The notes under the pieces were generated by a model, which saw only the letters and a list, made by a program, of their open reading frames with translations, searched no databases and was not told the DNA's origin. A stretch of 62,964 nucleotides of DNA, the filler included, from Collodictyon triciliatum (taxonomy: Eukaryota), in NCBI GenBank assembly GCA_043381765.1. It is 7 parts of 7 records of this genome, joined end to end, with 100 filler letters (N's around TTAATTAATTAA, not from the genome) between each part and the next. Parts side by side here need not be neighbours in the genome. Positions count along the whole stretch, not along the records: positions 9,655 to 17,780 come from JBHJMP010002677.1; positions 17,881 to 28,319 come from JBHJMP010002678.1; 5 more parts are not named here. One strand, 5' to 3'. Below are positions 10,904 through 23,000 of the stretch, in pieces; position 1 is the stretch's first letter, and each line of letters starts with the position of its first letter. Position numbers and translations under genes: made by a program.

Positions 10904-12942
10904 CTAGAAGGGGCATACAAATCTTTCGAATGGTAAACTTTGTGCGCAAGTATCCAAGGTCTCACCACTTTTTTCACAGAGGTCGTGTAGTGGTGTAGGC
11001 TGCCAGGAAAGACCCGACAGCCCGTTTCTTTTAGAGGAACGTGTATGCATATTTTGAAGGATTAAAAAAACTTTCTTGAGTATATTCTTTGCGCTGTTAA
11101 AGTCCCTTGTCAAGAATACACTTTGTTTGCTTTCTGAGCGATTGCATTCTTTACATATGATACATCTAAACACTTTTTTAGTATTTCCTTTCAGTATCAT
11201 ATATTCCAGTTCTTTTTTCGCAGTTGCAGCACATTTTAAAGGTTCTAAATTCATCCACACTAACTGCTTCAAAACGTTTGGATAGTACTTTTCGTAATCC
11301 TCCTCCAATTGTTGGCATAAAATGTTTCATCGGGGATTTTCTGCTCCAGTCTCCATACGCCAGTATAACATCTTTGGCAAATGTCTTTTCGACTCAGTCC
11401 ATAAACAATTGCTAACTTCTTTTTGTGTTAACATACTGTCTCCATCTCATCTTTCAAAAAGTTACTTGTTCATAAAATCTGGAAAACTCTATCTAGTATC
11501 TTGATTACATAGATACATATTTTCGAAATTTTTCATAATCGACCATGCATGAATTATGTTAACTCAGTTCTGCCTCTAAATCGATTAAAGATACTCTTGA
11601 TGTCGAATAAAGGAAAAAAAAGATACTCTTGATGTCTCAAACCGCTGGTTCTCTTCAAAAGTCATGGTACCAAAATAAACAGCACTTTGTAAACATGTTG
11701 CCATGCATAACCCTGAAGCATTTTACTTTCCTTTTTTCTCGCGCAAGAGTATTTTGCGATTTTCAAGAGATTTGCTATCTCTTCTTCGGTGGGCCGTGTA
11801 ACGTAATTTCTTACCTGTCTCATCCACCATGTAAACAAAATTAAACTTACCTGCGTCCACTCTGTCTACATTTTTTTCGTCTCCAATAAAGATAACTGCT
11901 CTTCGGAAAGTTCATCTATATAGACATATTCTTGGTTTTTGATTATATTTGAATTTTGAATTTGAAACACCTCTCTTTTCAAATAGTAATGACCCCGCCA
12001 AGCCGTCTGTTTGTATCATGTATTTAAAATTGTAGTCTCTTTGATGAAAGACCCTCTTCTTCATTTCAAAGAAGTCGTCGCATAGTGTCTCTTTGCATCC
12101 TGATATATTATATATTAATGATATTTTCCAGACAATACTAATAGACCTATCAAACATGCGGTATCTAGAGTAACATGACACGGTATATTGTTTGTTATTA
12201 TAGAGATTGGCTGAAACAGTTTGGTTCCAATGTCCTCAAAAATGCGATTCATGTAAATCAGACATGGACTGTACTTATTTGGATTGGCTTTGATGTCCAT
12301 TCGATATCTTTTACAATATCGCCGGGAATGATACCATGCAAATGCGTTATAGCCCATCCTTTATATGTTGTTTTGGTATTTCGGGTTTCTTGAAGATGAC
12401 TCTTTTTTTTTTTCGTAACTCTGCCTTTTAATAGCTTCCGTCATATTCTCATCTTTAGGAACTGTTTGATTTATAAAGCGTAGTAACCTATTTACAAAAT
12501 GTTCCTTCATGTTATTATGGTAAGCTGTTAGCATTTGCATCCCCAAGTACGGTAATACACGAATCAATCTAACCAACGGAAAGCATTCTTCTCGGGACAA
12601 AAGGAATCGGAATTCATTGAGATAAAAAGTCATCTTGTCATCTCTCATATCTGGTTTTTTTTTAAAACTTGCGGTTGTATCTTGTGAAACTATTCCGACT
12701 GCCTTTAAAGAGTACGAGAAACAAATTTTACCGATTGTTGGGAGTTGTTGTGATTTCAAATGTAACATCTCGCATACAGATAAGTGTCGGTAACCAAATT
12801 ATGACACAATAGACCCGTATCGTCGATTTTTTTCATAGTCATTCACATTCTTAACAATCGACTTCAGAGATGTTTTCAGATTTCGATAGTGTGGTTTTAC
12901 AGACTTTAGATTCTCAAACTGAAGACGTTTTCTTTTCTTCAT
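10904..12942 (-). pseudogene. Decayed Fanzor1 (eukaryotic TnpB/Cas12-related RNA-guided RuvC nuclease) of a mobile element
   Basis: Across frameshifts: MKKRKRL...LKTSLKSIV; TAYHNNMKEHFVNRLLRFIN; DIKANPNKY..LIYMN..KLFQPI..IPCHVTLDTACLI; YNFKYMIQTDGLAGSLLF; RuvC-I VDAGKFNFVYMVD then KLRYT; ILAYGDWS..MKHFMPTIGGGLRK; RuvC-II VSVDEFRT.KMCCNC; CKEC zinc knuckle; RuvC-III TRDFNSAKNI. Several frameshifts and in-frame stops. Confidence 0.88.
11587..11636 (+). mobile_element. Micro-insertion GAATAAAGGAAAAA with a perfect 18-bp TSD, inside the Fanzor
   Basis: AAAGATACTCTTGATGTC (11587-11604) + GAATAAAGGAAAAA + AAAGATACTCTTGATGTC (11619-11636). Confidence 0.8.
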
Positions 12943-13780
12943 CTGAAAGTCTCTGTTTTACTTTTTCCTTTAGAAAACTACCGATTTTTCAAATTTAATA
13001 AAACGTTAGTCAATCAGTCAATAATAAAAACTGCACAAAATCAATTTATGTAAAATTAAGCATCTACCGAGACTTTCAAAATATGCGCTTTGTGGCAAAC
13101 AAACACTCAAAGTTTTTTATGCAAGTGATTTGTGGTAAAACGCTGAGGGCCGATTCGGCGAGTTCGAAAGGACGGCCGTATAGTTATTGTGGCTGAAAGT
13201 CAACATATCGGCCCCAAACAACATGATTACCGCCGCAAGTGTGGATAGTATGCTTTTTTTGAAATGTGTGTTTGGTGGCAGGTTTATGGTGTGGGTTCTG
13301 TCTGAGCCAAGACAAGGGCTCGTTTGTAATCTTTGAATTATAATGATAATATTGTATAATGGATAATAAAATATAAATTGATTACAGGAATAGAATGAGG
13401 TTGTTAAGAGTTTTGAACCTTGAGAAGGGCGGGATGACCGTGTGGTTATTCGCCTCCGGGTAGATATTTGGCCTCGGGACCAAATCCAGTTCAGGGCCTC
13501 TGGTAGTTGCAGCTCTTCAGAGCTGTATTTATTCTCAGCCCTCTCAGGTGCATAGTGATGAACCACGAATCCCACTTCCGTACCAAGCCGGCCTGCACCA
13601 TTATCCGACACACGTTTCTGCTTTCAACCAAGGCGCATACAACTACGTCTGACTGTAAAAAAATCTAAACCCCCTTCCTACCCTTGGGTCGAATAAGGAG
13701 AAAAAAATATTGCGCCGTGTACACATACCAAAATCCTAATATATGATAGATTGGAGACAGATCTCTTTGTTGCGCATCTG

Positions 13781-16700
13781 ATGTCCCAATCTGTCAAAAG
13801 TCCGTTGTGCGTTATGGCCTTTGGGCGTTTGTGGCATTCAATGCAGAAGCGCGTCAGGCTTTTCGGAGGTGTATCGCCAAGACCATTCCCTGAGTCCACA
13901 ACAAAGATTGTGACCGATCCCCTGCGGCGAAAGGGATGCGTTTGCCATTTTTCTTCGACACACAACCGAGTTCTCTCAACTAAACTCACCTTTTGTGGCC
14001 CACTACGTTGCTGTCAGCTCCGCGGGATAGCAAGATGCTTTGTTGTGGAGGAAGAAATGACGCGGTAGGGAAATATACTCTTCGCTGGCGGGCTAAGTCT
14101 CTCGTTTTGCTCTTGTTTTCTTTTTCTTTATTTTTCTATTTTCATTTTACTCCGACCAACAAGAAATTGAAGAGGAAAAAGAAATAAAGATGTCTTTAAA
14201 AAATAAGACAACATTCTCATTTCGGCTTTATTTTGATGTGTGTTAGAGAACACTTTTTTTTTATTTTTGTTGGATTGTGGCACTAGATTATTCATTTAAT
14301 GGGTGCGTTTTTTTTTTTTTTTTTGTTTAGAAGGGAGACACACCGGCTGGTGGCAAGGGTGGAAGTGCCAACCTCATTCAAAAGTAAGGCTTATCAGATC
14401 AATATCATCATTCAGTCTGCATAAAATGGCTCTCTTACAGGAAAATATTTATTCCAACGAAAAATCAGGTGAATACTGTGTTTTGTGTTTAATGGTTTCC
14501 TATTTGTAGTAAGGTATCATACAAAGGCTCAGAATACCTATATGCCGTTCACTTGGCTTGTGTAGCAGCCAATGATCCTTGTGAGGACAGATTCCTACTC
14601 AACCCAAAGGATTGTATCTACGGGGTTTGTTTCTATCATCATAATATACTTTACTACTTAATTTAATTAATTTATTTAATGTCCCATTTTAAATTTTTTT
14701 ATCAATCATATGATAGTCATTTACTCGTTAGACGAAAAACATTCTTATTATGATTTTTTGAATTATTTTTCCTTATTATAAAAAAGACCGCCTTGAAAAT
14801 CATGCGGAAACAAAGCTAAATTGCATTTTGTATTGATGCGATAATATAAGGTCTTTGATGGTCACGGGGGCGCGGATATTGCTGAATGCTGTACGACGAT
14901 GATGAATAGGCACATACTCAATGAGCTTTCAGAAGCACCGACAAACGTTTGTTTTCCCAAAGGAATCGAAATATACCGTTGGTTCAACAGATGAAATAAA
15001 ATATTTCAGTAAATACCAGTGCTTGTCAACAACCTCAATTGGTTATATATACAGGGAGAGGAAGACATCCACCGTGCTCTAGAACAAGGATTCATGAAAA
15101 CAGATAGAGAAGTACTCGATACATTTGTCCTGCAAGACCCTCACGGCAGGATGGCATTTATTGGCTCATGCGCTCTCGTGGCCCACATACGAGATTCCAC
15201 CATATACGTATCTAATAGCGGGGATAGCAGGTTGTCAATGAAATGTCATAATCCTTCCGAACGCATTTGATTTATTATTATGATTATTATTATGATTGTT
15301 ATTATGATTGTTATTATGATTGTTATTATGATTGTTATTATGATTGTTATTATGATTGTTATTATGATTGTTATTATGATTGTTATTATTATGATTAATT
15401 TTATGATTATTATGATTATCCCTCGGTCCTGCACAAAAGTTGAAAGGAAGAATAAAAAAATGATTATTATGATTATGATTATGATTATGATTATGATTAT
15501 GATTATTATTATGATTATTATGATTATTATGATTATTATGATTATTATGATTATTATGATTATTATTATGATTATTATGATTATTATGATTATTATTATG
15601 ATTATTATGATTATTATGATTATTATTATGATTATTATGATTATTATTATGATTATTATGATTATTATGATTATTATGATTATTATGATTATTATTAGCG
15701 ATCTCCTATCACAATCCGACGAGCATATTTGGAATTTCACCATTCTGCCTTACACTGTTCGTATACAGAGCTGTTTTGGGGTATGTTTCAGGCGGAGCAC
15801 CCCAATGCAAGTGGTTATCCACTGACCACAATGCTAGCAGTGAATCAGAACAAAAAAAGGTGATCGAGCGCTCTGGTGATGAGAATGCTATCCGGTAACT
15901 CTCTGTCCATCTACACACTGAACGAAATGAGTTTCCTCGGAACATTACTACATATAAAAAAATCAAAATTTATTATTTTTTTCGGCGGCAAAAATAGACT
16001 TTCCCCATTAAACATGATGCTTGGAACAACGTCTGCACCAAAGCGAGTGGCTGGAATTTTGCTTGTTACTCGCGCCATTGGAGATGCTTATTTAAAAGTA
16101 ATTATTTTCCTACCCATCATTTCTGTTTCATGTCAGATAAATATATTTTGTTTGAAAATCATTCTCACATGTGCACTTAATCCTCGTGTAAAATTGATGA
16201 TCTTCAATCCGGGCATATAATTTGGGCATGCAAACTAAAAAATATATGTACTTGTATCTTAACGTTCCTATAAATCAAAGCAAGGGGAGCTAGGAAACCC
16301 ATCAGAGAAGTCGTATATAACCGCCGAGCCCGAAATTATGTCTCATAAAATCACCGAGAATGATTTATTTGTCGTTCTGGCAACAGACGGGTATACATTT
16401 CCCCCATTTTATTTGCCAGCACGTACACATTTTTCAGGATATGATTTCTATATTTCAAAATGTAAAGCAAACAAATAATCATAATTCTAAGTACGCTATA
16501 TATCCACGTCCTATCGTTTAGACTCTGGGAGCATCTTTCTCCGGATGAAGTTGTGAATTTTATCTATGAGCACGGTGTGGATGACCAAGTTGCAACCAGA
16601 CTTCTTGAAGTAACATAATCTCGCACTCAACAAATAATATTGCCTCTTCACCTAGCTCTCGGCCTTGTTTGATAGCGGGCTGGCCAATAGATTCAAGAGG

Positions 16701-16878
16701 GAGATGCAATCGAACGCACCGCTTTCCTTTTAATATATAATAACACACACAGATTATGCTCAGAAAGGTGGCGATGAAGAGAGAGGTCCCTCTGGAGAAG
16801 CTTCTTACCCTACCATCCTCCGCAAGAAGAAATATGCACGACGATGTTACCCTGGCCATCATCTCCCTGAAGAAATAA
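13781..16878 (+). CDS. PP2C-family Ser/Thr phosphatase, pyruvate dehydrogenase phosphatase-like, with a probable mitochondrial presequence
   Basis: Exons encode AANDPCEDRF, YGVFDGHGG, GSCALVA...YVSNSGDSRAVLG, LSTDHNA, RVAGILLVTRAIGDAYLK, YITAEPEI, VVLATDGLWE and RRNMHDDVTLAII, with TAA at 16876-16878. Exon 1 is Arg/Ser-rich with few acidic residues (MAFGRLWHSMQKRVRLF). Start ATG is 13781 or 13814. Confidence 0.9.
15270..15697. repeat. Compound (ATT/ATG/GTT)n microsatellite in a PP2C intron
   Basis: Direct reading; source of the poly-Ile/Met ORFs. Confidence 0.95.
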
Positions 16879-17223
16879 TCACCCACACCAAACAGACGCG
16901 AGAGGTCTACAATCTCATGATAAAAAAATATGACACCATCCTCCCCTCAACACCGGATATTTCTACATCTGTAAATCCACAAAAGAAAAAACCGTTGCTT
17001 CTGCCAAATCATGCCGCGATTGCAAAGAAACGGCGGATTGGCTCGTTGCCAGAAAGTGCATTGCAAGGTTTATCGCCAGAGTCTGGTTGAGCAGGAAAGA
17101 CCGAGCGAGTAGCCAGTAATACCAACAAACAATATCTGTTAATTTAGAATAGTAGAAGTGAGAGAAAGAGAGTAAAAAAAGGTAGAAAAGAAAAAGGAAG
17201 TTCTATGTAATGTTCACAGCCTG

Positions 17224-17473
17224 CTATGCGGTGCCTCGTGCGTGAATCCTTGTCTTTTCTTTGGGCCAGGCAGCCATGATCCTTGTGGTATTGTCAAGGG
17301 TTTTAAAGGATTGGTCTTTGCCAGTCAATGTCAACGCAGCGGCCGCGATCGACGCCGCCACTTCGCCCGATGTCTTCAACGCCGCCGTCGCGTCCGGGTT
17401 CGTCTCTTGGCCAAAGCGGGGCGCCCTCTGGGTTTCTACAGGGCCAAAGTGCGAATGCCAGTCGCGAAGCGGA
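17224..17473 (-). CDS. Possible terminal exon of an unknown gene cut by the contig end
   Basis: GC-rich open frame after a TTTTTAAAG acceptor (PLRDWHSHFGPVETQRAPRFGQ...RIHARGTA*); no recognisable domain. Confidence 0.3.
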
Positions 17474-17615
17474 CTTTAAAAACACCTTGACGATGAAGGA
17501 CTTGATGATTGTCGGTTTTTTTTTATTTATGCTCATATTCTATGCTTTTTTTTGTTTCACTACATGCGATTGTGCTCATTTACATTCGTGTTTTGATCAA
17601 ACGAAACACTTTCAA

Positions 17616-17780
17616 GTTTATTTAGTTTATTTAGTTTATTTAGTTTATTTAGTTTATTTAGTTTATTTAGTTTATTTAGTTTATTTAGTTTATTTAGTTT
17701 ATTTAGTTTATTTAGTTTATTTAGTTTATTTAGTTTATTTAGTTTATTTAGTTTATTTAGTTTATTTAGTTTATTTAGTT
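17616..17780. repeat. (GTTTATTTA)n 9-mer tandem array at a contig end; (TTTTTATATG)n follows the spacer at 17881-17971
   Basis: Direct reading. Confidence 0.95.
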
Positions 17781-20072
17781 NNNNNNNNNNNNNNNNNNNN
17801 NNNNNNNNNNNNNNNNNNNNNNNNTTAATTAATTAANNNNNNNNNNNNNNNNNNNNNNNNNNNNNNNNNNNNNNNNNNNNTTTTATATGTTTTTATATGT
17901 TTTTATATGTTTTTATATGTTTTTATATGTTTTTATATGTTTTTATATGTTTTTATATGTTTTTATATGTTTCTTTTTTCCTTTTTCTTTTTTCCTTTTT
18001 CTTTTTTCCTTTTTCTTTTTTCCTTTTTCTTTTTTCCTTTTTCTTTTTTCCTTTTTCTATGCTTTTTTATTTAAGGAATGTTGTTGCTCTTGTGGACTAT
18101 TATCGAAAGTACAAGCGCCTGTTGCTGACCCCTGCGACCGGGGCTCCGTCAGCGCATGCGCATCAGAAAAGCCGTCGGTTTTCGCAAGCAGGCTCGGTTG
18201 ACACATCCAGATCCACTTTTTATTTCTTCGTATTGTTTTCTCGCAAACGAATATTCCAAATCAAGAAAAGAAACTGCCAAAATGCGATTCCCACATTCGG
18301 GTGCGCCGAGCTTTGAGGCAGGTTTGAGAAAAAACAACCAGACAAAGCGGGTTCGGGGAATATTCCGTGTCTTGGATGTTTGCAAACGGAGCCGCGTTGG
18401 TCGGTGCCGCAACTGCCAGAAATGTCATTTATAGAAGAGGAATCCGTTGAGTTCTCGAATTACAATAATGTTGCTATTTGTGGTAAATATTTTTCTTACA
18501 ATTTTTTTGGATTAATGCTGGCAGAATGTGGCCAAAAAAGAGACAACTTAGTGTTTTACGTAATTATGTTGAGATTATATACTATGCGATCCTATTCGAT
18601 TGTGTGAACTATATCCTATGCTGTGCAATATGTTTCCGCGCAGAAGCGACAAGCAGGGAAGTTACAAATGCGGTGGATTTGATGTATTCCTTGGTTAGGT
18701 GTGAAGATGAAGAGATAAAAAAACAAGCAGCCTCATTGGCACTCCTCGATAAGCTCTGCATTCGATTTCATCGGTAGTCGTGCCTATGGACACCTCGCCT
18801 GCCATGAATCGTGATTAAGTGAGAAAGTCTATCACCAAAAAAAAACTTTAAGTCCTGGGATAGGATACTAGAATATTGGCATTTCTGCACGCTCTGTGGT
18901 CGAAATAAAAAAAAAATATAATATGTTGAGATGGTTCTCAATAAGCAACTGATATAGCCTCGACCCTGCTCTGGCCAGTGAAGAGAAATGCCAAAAAAAA
19001 AAAAAAAATCAGGAATCAGTGAATACGCGGACCCTATGCCGGGCTGGTTGAATTCTCTCGATAATGCGAAGCCCAGCACAGAATGAACCTATTCCTACTA
19101 GTCTTTGGTATCGATGCATAAAAATTGGGGCTGAAAGAATTCGAATAAAAAAGACCTCGAAACTCCCAAAGAAAGAAAAAAAAAAAAAGAAAAGCAACCA
19201 TCTGGGTATAGGAAATAACCTATGGCTATCAGAAATAAGGCTGTTATGCCGTGTGATGAAGGCCAGTGTATGAAAAAAAAAAAAACAGCTCCACCAAGCT
19301 ATTGCTGTCATCGTTTAGACAACAAAAAGGTTGAAGTCCAACAACAAAAGGTGGTGGCTGGTTATGTTAAATCCTGTCGATATAATTGCAAATACTGTAA
19401 CAATAATAACCACAAAAAGGTGAATCTGTGGAAGGCAAGAGAAATTAAGTATTACAGTGCATAATTCCCACAAATGTATAAAACAAATCACAAGCCTCAG
19501 CTTCTATTGTGGGATTTGTGGTGTTCGCAATAAGTAGCACATTTTTGATCAAAGCGGCGATGCGTGATCCGGCCGAGTTTCTTGATGACCCTCTGCGTTG
19601 CTCATCCTGAGCGAGAAGCACAGCAGCCCAACGATACACTGCGGCAGCAGAGTGATCACTACTTGCCGGGCGCGTATGTGCTCAACCGGCTCCACATAGC
19701 CGATCAAAACCAGCCTTAGCTCTTTCTCTTTGGCTTCCTCATAACCCACACACCTCCAAGCCGAAGAACCAGAAACCCTCTGGCTTTTGTTTGGCGGCGA
19801 CCTTGCACTCTCCCTTCTATGTTTCTCTCAGCCTTGCTGCTCCCACTCTGCCTGTCCCTGATCTACCCTGGAATTTTTCTTTGGCGCACCCACTCTTTTT
19901 TTTTTTTTTTTTTTTGTCTTTTCTTTGCTCAAAACGCGCCCGTGAGTCAGCCACACAAAACTCGTGCCCCGCCTTCACAGCACCAAACCTTGAGAGAAAA
20001 AGGCTTGTGTCAAAGGGAGGGAGTCCTAACCAAGCACGGCTAAGCAGACCCTCAATAGCAGGGAGGCAGAAA

Positions 20073-23000
20073 ATGAGCCAGGATCTATACGACGAGTTTG
20101 GTAACTATGTCGGCCCAGAGATCGAGGACGAAGACGAATATGATCATGAGTACGATGACGACGAGAGGGAAATGGAGGACGAAGCCCGTCACGAAGAGGA
20201 AGAGTATGAGCGTCAGACCCATCCTAGTCAGGCCCTGATTCCTGCCGGTATTAGACTGCGTCACATACTCTGGTTATGATGTTGCTGTCGAGATATTATC
20301 TGTGTTGTCGCATTTTATTTTCCTGTCGAATAAATCCGTATTCTGTGTCCCTTTCTTACTTGCTCTATATCAGAGGTATCCAACGCGATTGTACTTCACG
20401 AGGACAAAAAGTACTACCCGACTGCCGAAGAGGTATCTTGCCAGTTTGTAGCGGTTAATTTCCGGCGGGCCTTTTATTAATATAAATGATAGATTACTGA
20501 AGCGGGGTTGTGTCTGCGGTAGTCCTAAATATCATGAGTGGAGGGTTGAGTTCAATTGCTAATATTTCTGTGAATTCTTGTTCCAGGTCTATCCCGAGGC
20601 AGAAACCCTTGTCCAGGATGAAGATACGATGCCTCTAAGCGAGCCAATTATCGCGCCCGTGAAAACAAAAAACTTTGAAATCTATGAAAAGACTATTCCA
20701 CAGACTGTCTACACAACGCAGTAAGTAGCTCGAACATCAAAATGTGTGTCAACAGGATTTGAATGTGAATCCTCTTTACGATCAAGTTTCGTCAACCCAC
20801 TTGGGCCTTTTTTTTTTTTTATAATTTATTTGGTCTAATCCGCTTATATATCTGGCACAAGTATTCATAGCTAATTGTATAATATCATTTTTCTCGTGAA
20901 TGTTAAGAAAAAACTCACAATATTCATTATCCATTTACTATATTGATTAATCTTTTTCAAACACTTAACATGAAAATTATTTTTATCCAGATATTTGAAG
21001 GATATTATGCGGTATCCTGAATTCTGTCGCAATATTGCATTGGTTGGACACCTGCATCATGGAAAAACTCTTTTTCTTTCTAATCTCATAGAAGAAACTC
21101 ACAAGATGAAGTGGGACCCCAGGAAAGAGGTATTTTTTTTCTGTAAATGACAGTAGCCTCATGTAGTATTAAGTTTTCAGGCAAACTTGTTCCTTGTCCA
21201 AATCGGCTCAACCTTGCCATCCTACTCGTCTCAAGCCTACATATTCGTGGTTAAAATTATATGGCCACACGACAGGTTTTATACACAGACTATAGACGAG
21301 ATGAACAGGACCGCGGATTGAGCATTAAATCATGTCCGATGAGTCTGTTGCTTTCAAACTCCAAAGGAAAACACTTTCTTTTCAACACATTCGACACTCC
21401 CGGCCACGTGAATTTCTCGGATGAAGTTTGTGCTTCTATCAGAATCTCAGATGGTGTGGTCATTATTGTTGATGCTGTTGAAGGGGTAAGTACAAAGCAA
21501 TATAAATTTTGATTTGATTTATTGTCCAATAAATAATCAAATATATTGCTCTCAGTTTTACCAGGGAATATAAGAATAAAAAACAATGTTAAAAATTCAT
21601 CACAGTTTTATTTACACATAAAAACATCTTTGGGTTTAAATATACATAAAAAACTCCCGCAAAATTCTAGGTGATGGTTCAGACAGAGAGATGTATCAAA
21701 TATGCTCTCCAGGAAGGCCTTCCAATTTGCGTTGTTATAAATAAAGTTGACCGACTGATTCTTGAGCTGAGATTACCTCTGGAAGATGCTTACTTCAAAC
21801 TAAGACACACTAGTAGGAATTTTCTTCAACGCACACATAGTTCAATTATATCTTATGGAAAGCATTAAAGCGCAAAGCCTTAACTTGAGAAAAGATGCAT
21901 AAATGCTGAGCATGTCCTATATATTGAGCGTGTCCTAAGGGTTACCATTGAATCTGAGTTCACGTGTACTAATACATTTTAGTTGAGGAAATCAACACGC
22001 TGTTAACACTATACTCTCATGGAACGGAGACTGCTCGCATTTCTCCTGTATTAGGGAACGTTTGCTTTTCCAGGTTTGAACATTACCCACTACAAAGTCA
22101 AGTATACTTGATTGAGATATCGATGATGGTAACCAAGAATGTTGCACAACTTATTTTTTACTAATAAAATTTTCCATCGAATTTCGTCACACAAAGCTCA
22201 CTCTACGGATGGTCATTCACCCTCAAGTCGTTTGCCGATCTCTACGCATCTACACACGGTACAAATTTACCAATACTTGAACCAGGATTTTTTTCCTTCT
22301 ATACAGCAATGGTAATTGAAATTGATAATTTGATCAGTCGGAGTCGATGCTGAAGAGTTTGCAAAAAGGCTTTGGGGAGATATCTACTATGATAGCCATA
22401 AGTCCACTTTCTCAAGAAAAGGTGAGCGATGATTTGAGGCACATCACTTTTCCCATCTGTTTCATCCATACTTTTCATGAACATGTCATAACAATCAGAC
22501 CTAGTTCGTACTCGTTGCAATCCTTTGTCTTATCGATCTATTTGTTCATTCGACACAGGAACGAAGAGAACCTTCATCGAGTTTATTCTTGAGCCACTGT
22601 ACAAAATATACAGTCTGACGATTGGTGAGGACCCTGACCAAGTTCGAGTACGTGTTTTTTTTTATCTCATCATGTTTCACCACTGTTCTTTTCATGAAAT
22701 ATATATCCAAACATAACGAACTGAATACTGTGGAGATAACCCTCAAATTTTGGAAATCAATTACAGGAAACATTGTCTCAGTTAGGAATATCACTCAAGA
22801 AGCACCAATATACATTTGATTCCAAGCCCTTACTGAGGGTACCTTTCAAAAATGATTTTACTCCAACATTTAACACTCTCTTACTCGTTCTCTAGAATCA
22901 GTTCGACATACATGATTTGTAGCCTTTTCTAGATATGAAGATATTTTCTTTCTAAATTGATTTTCTATCCCTTTCACGTAGCTTGTACTAGCACAATTTT

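Noticed and set aside
11300-11560. Stop-codon reassignment to explain in-frame stops in the Fanzor
   Set aside because: Host genes terminate normally with TAA, TGA and TAG and have no internal stops; the Fanzor also has frameshifts
12944-13078. 10-bp inverted repeat TGAAAGTCTC / GAGACTTTCA upstream of the Fanzor as terminal inverted repeats
   Set aside because: Both arms are on the same side of the ORF and no matching sequence was found at the other end
15246-15825. Long poly-Ile/Met and other low-complexity ORFs (also ~17887, ~28078, ~35733, ~38393, ~49055)
   Set aside because: Translations of microsatellites or N runs
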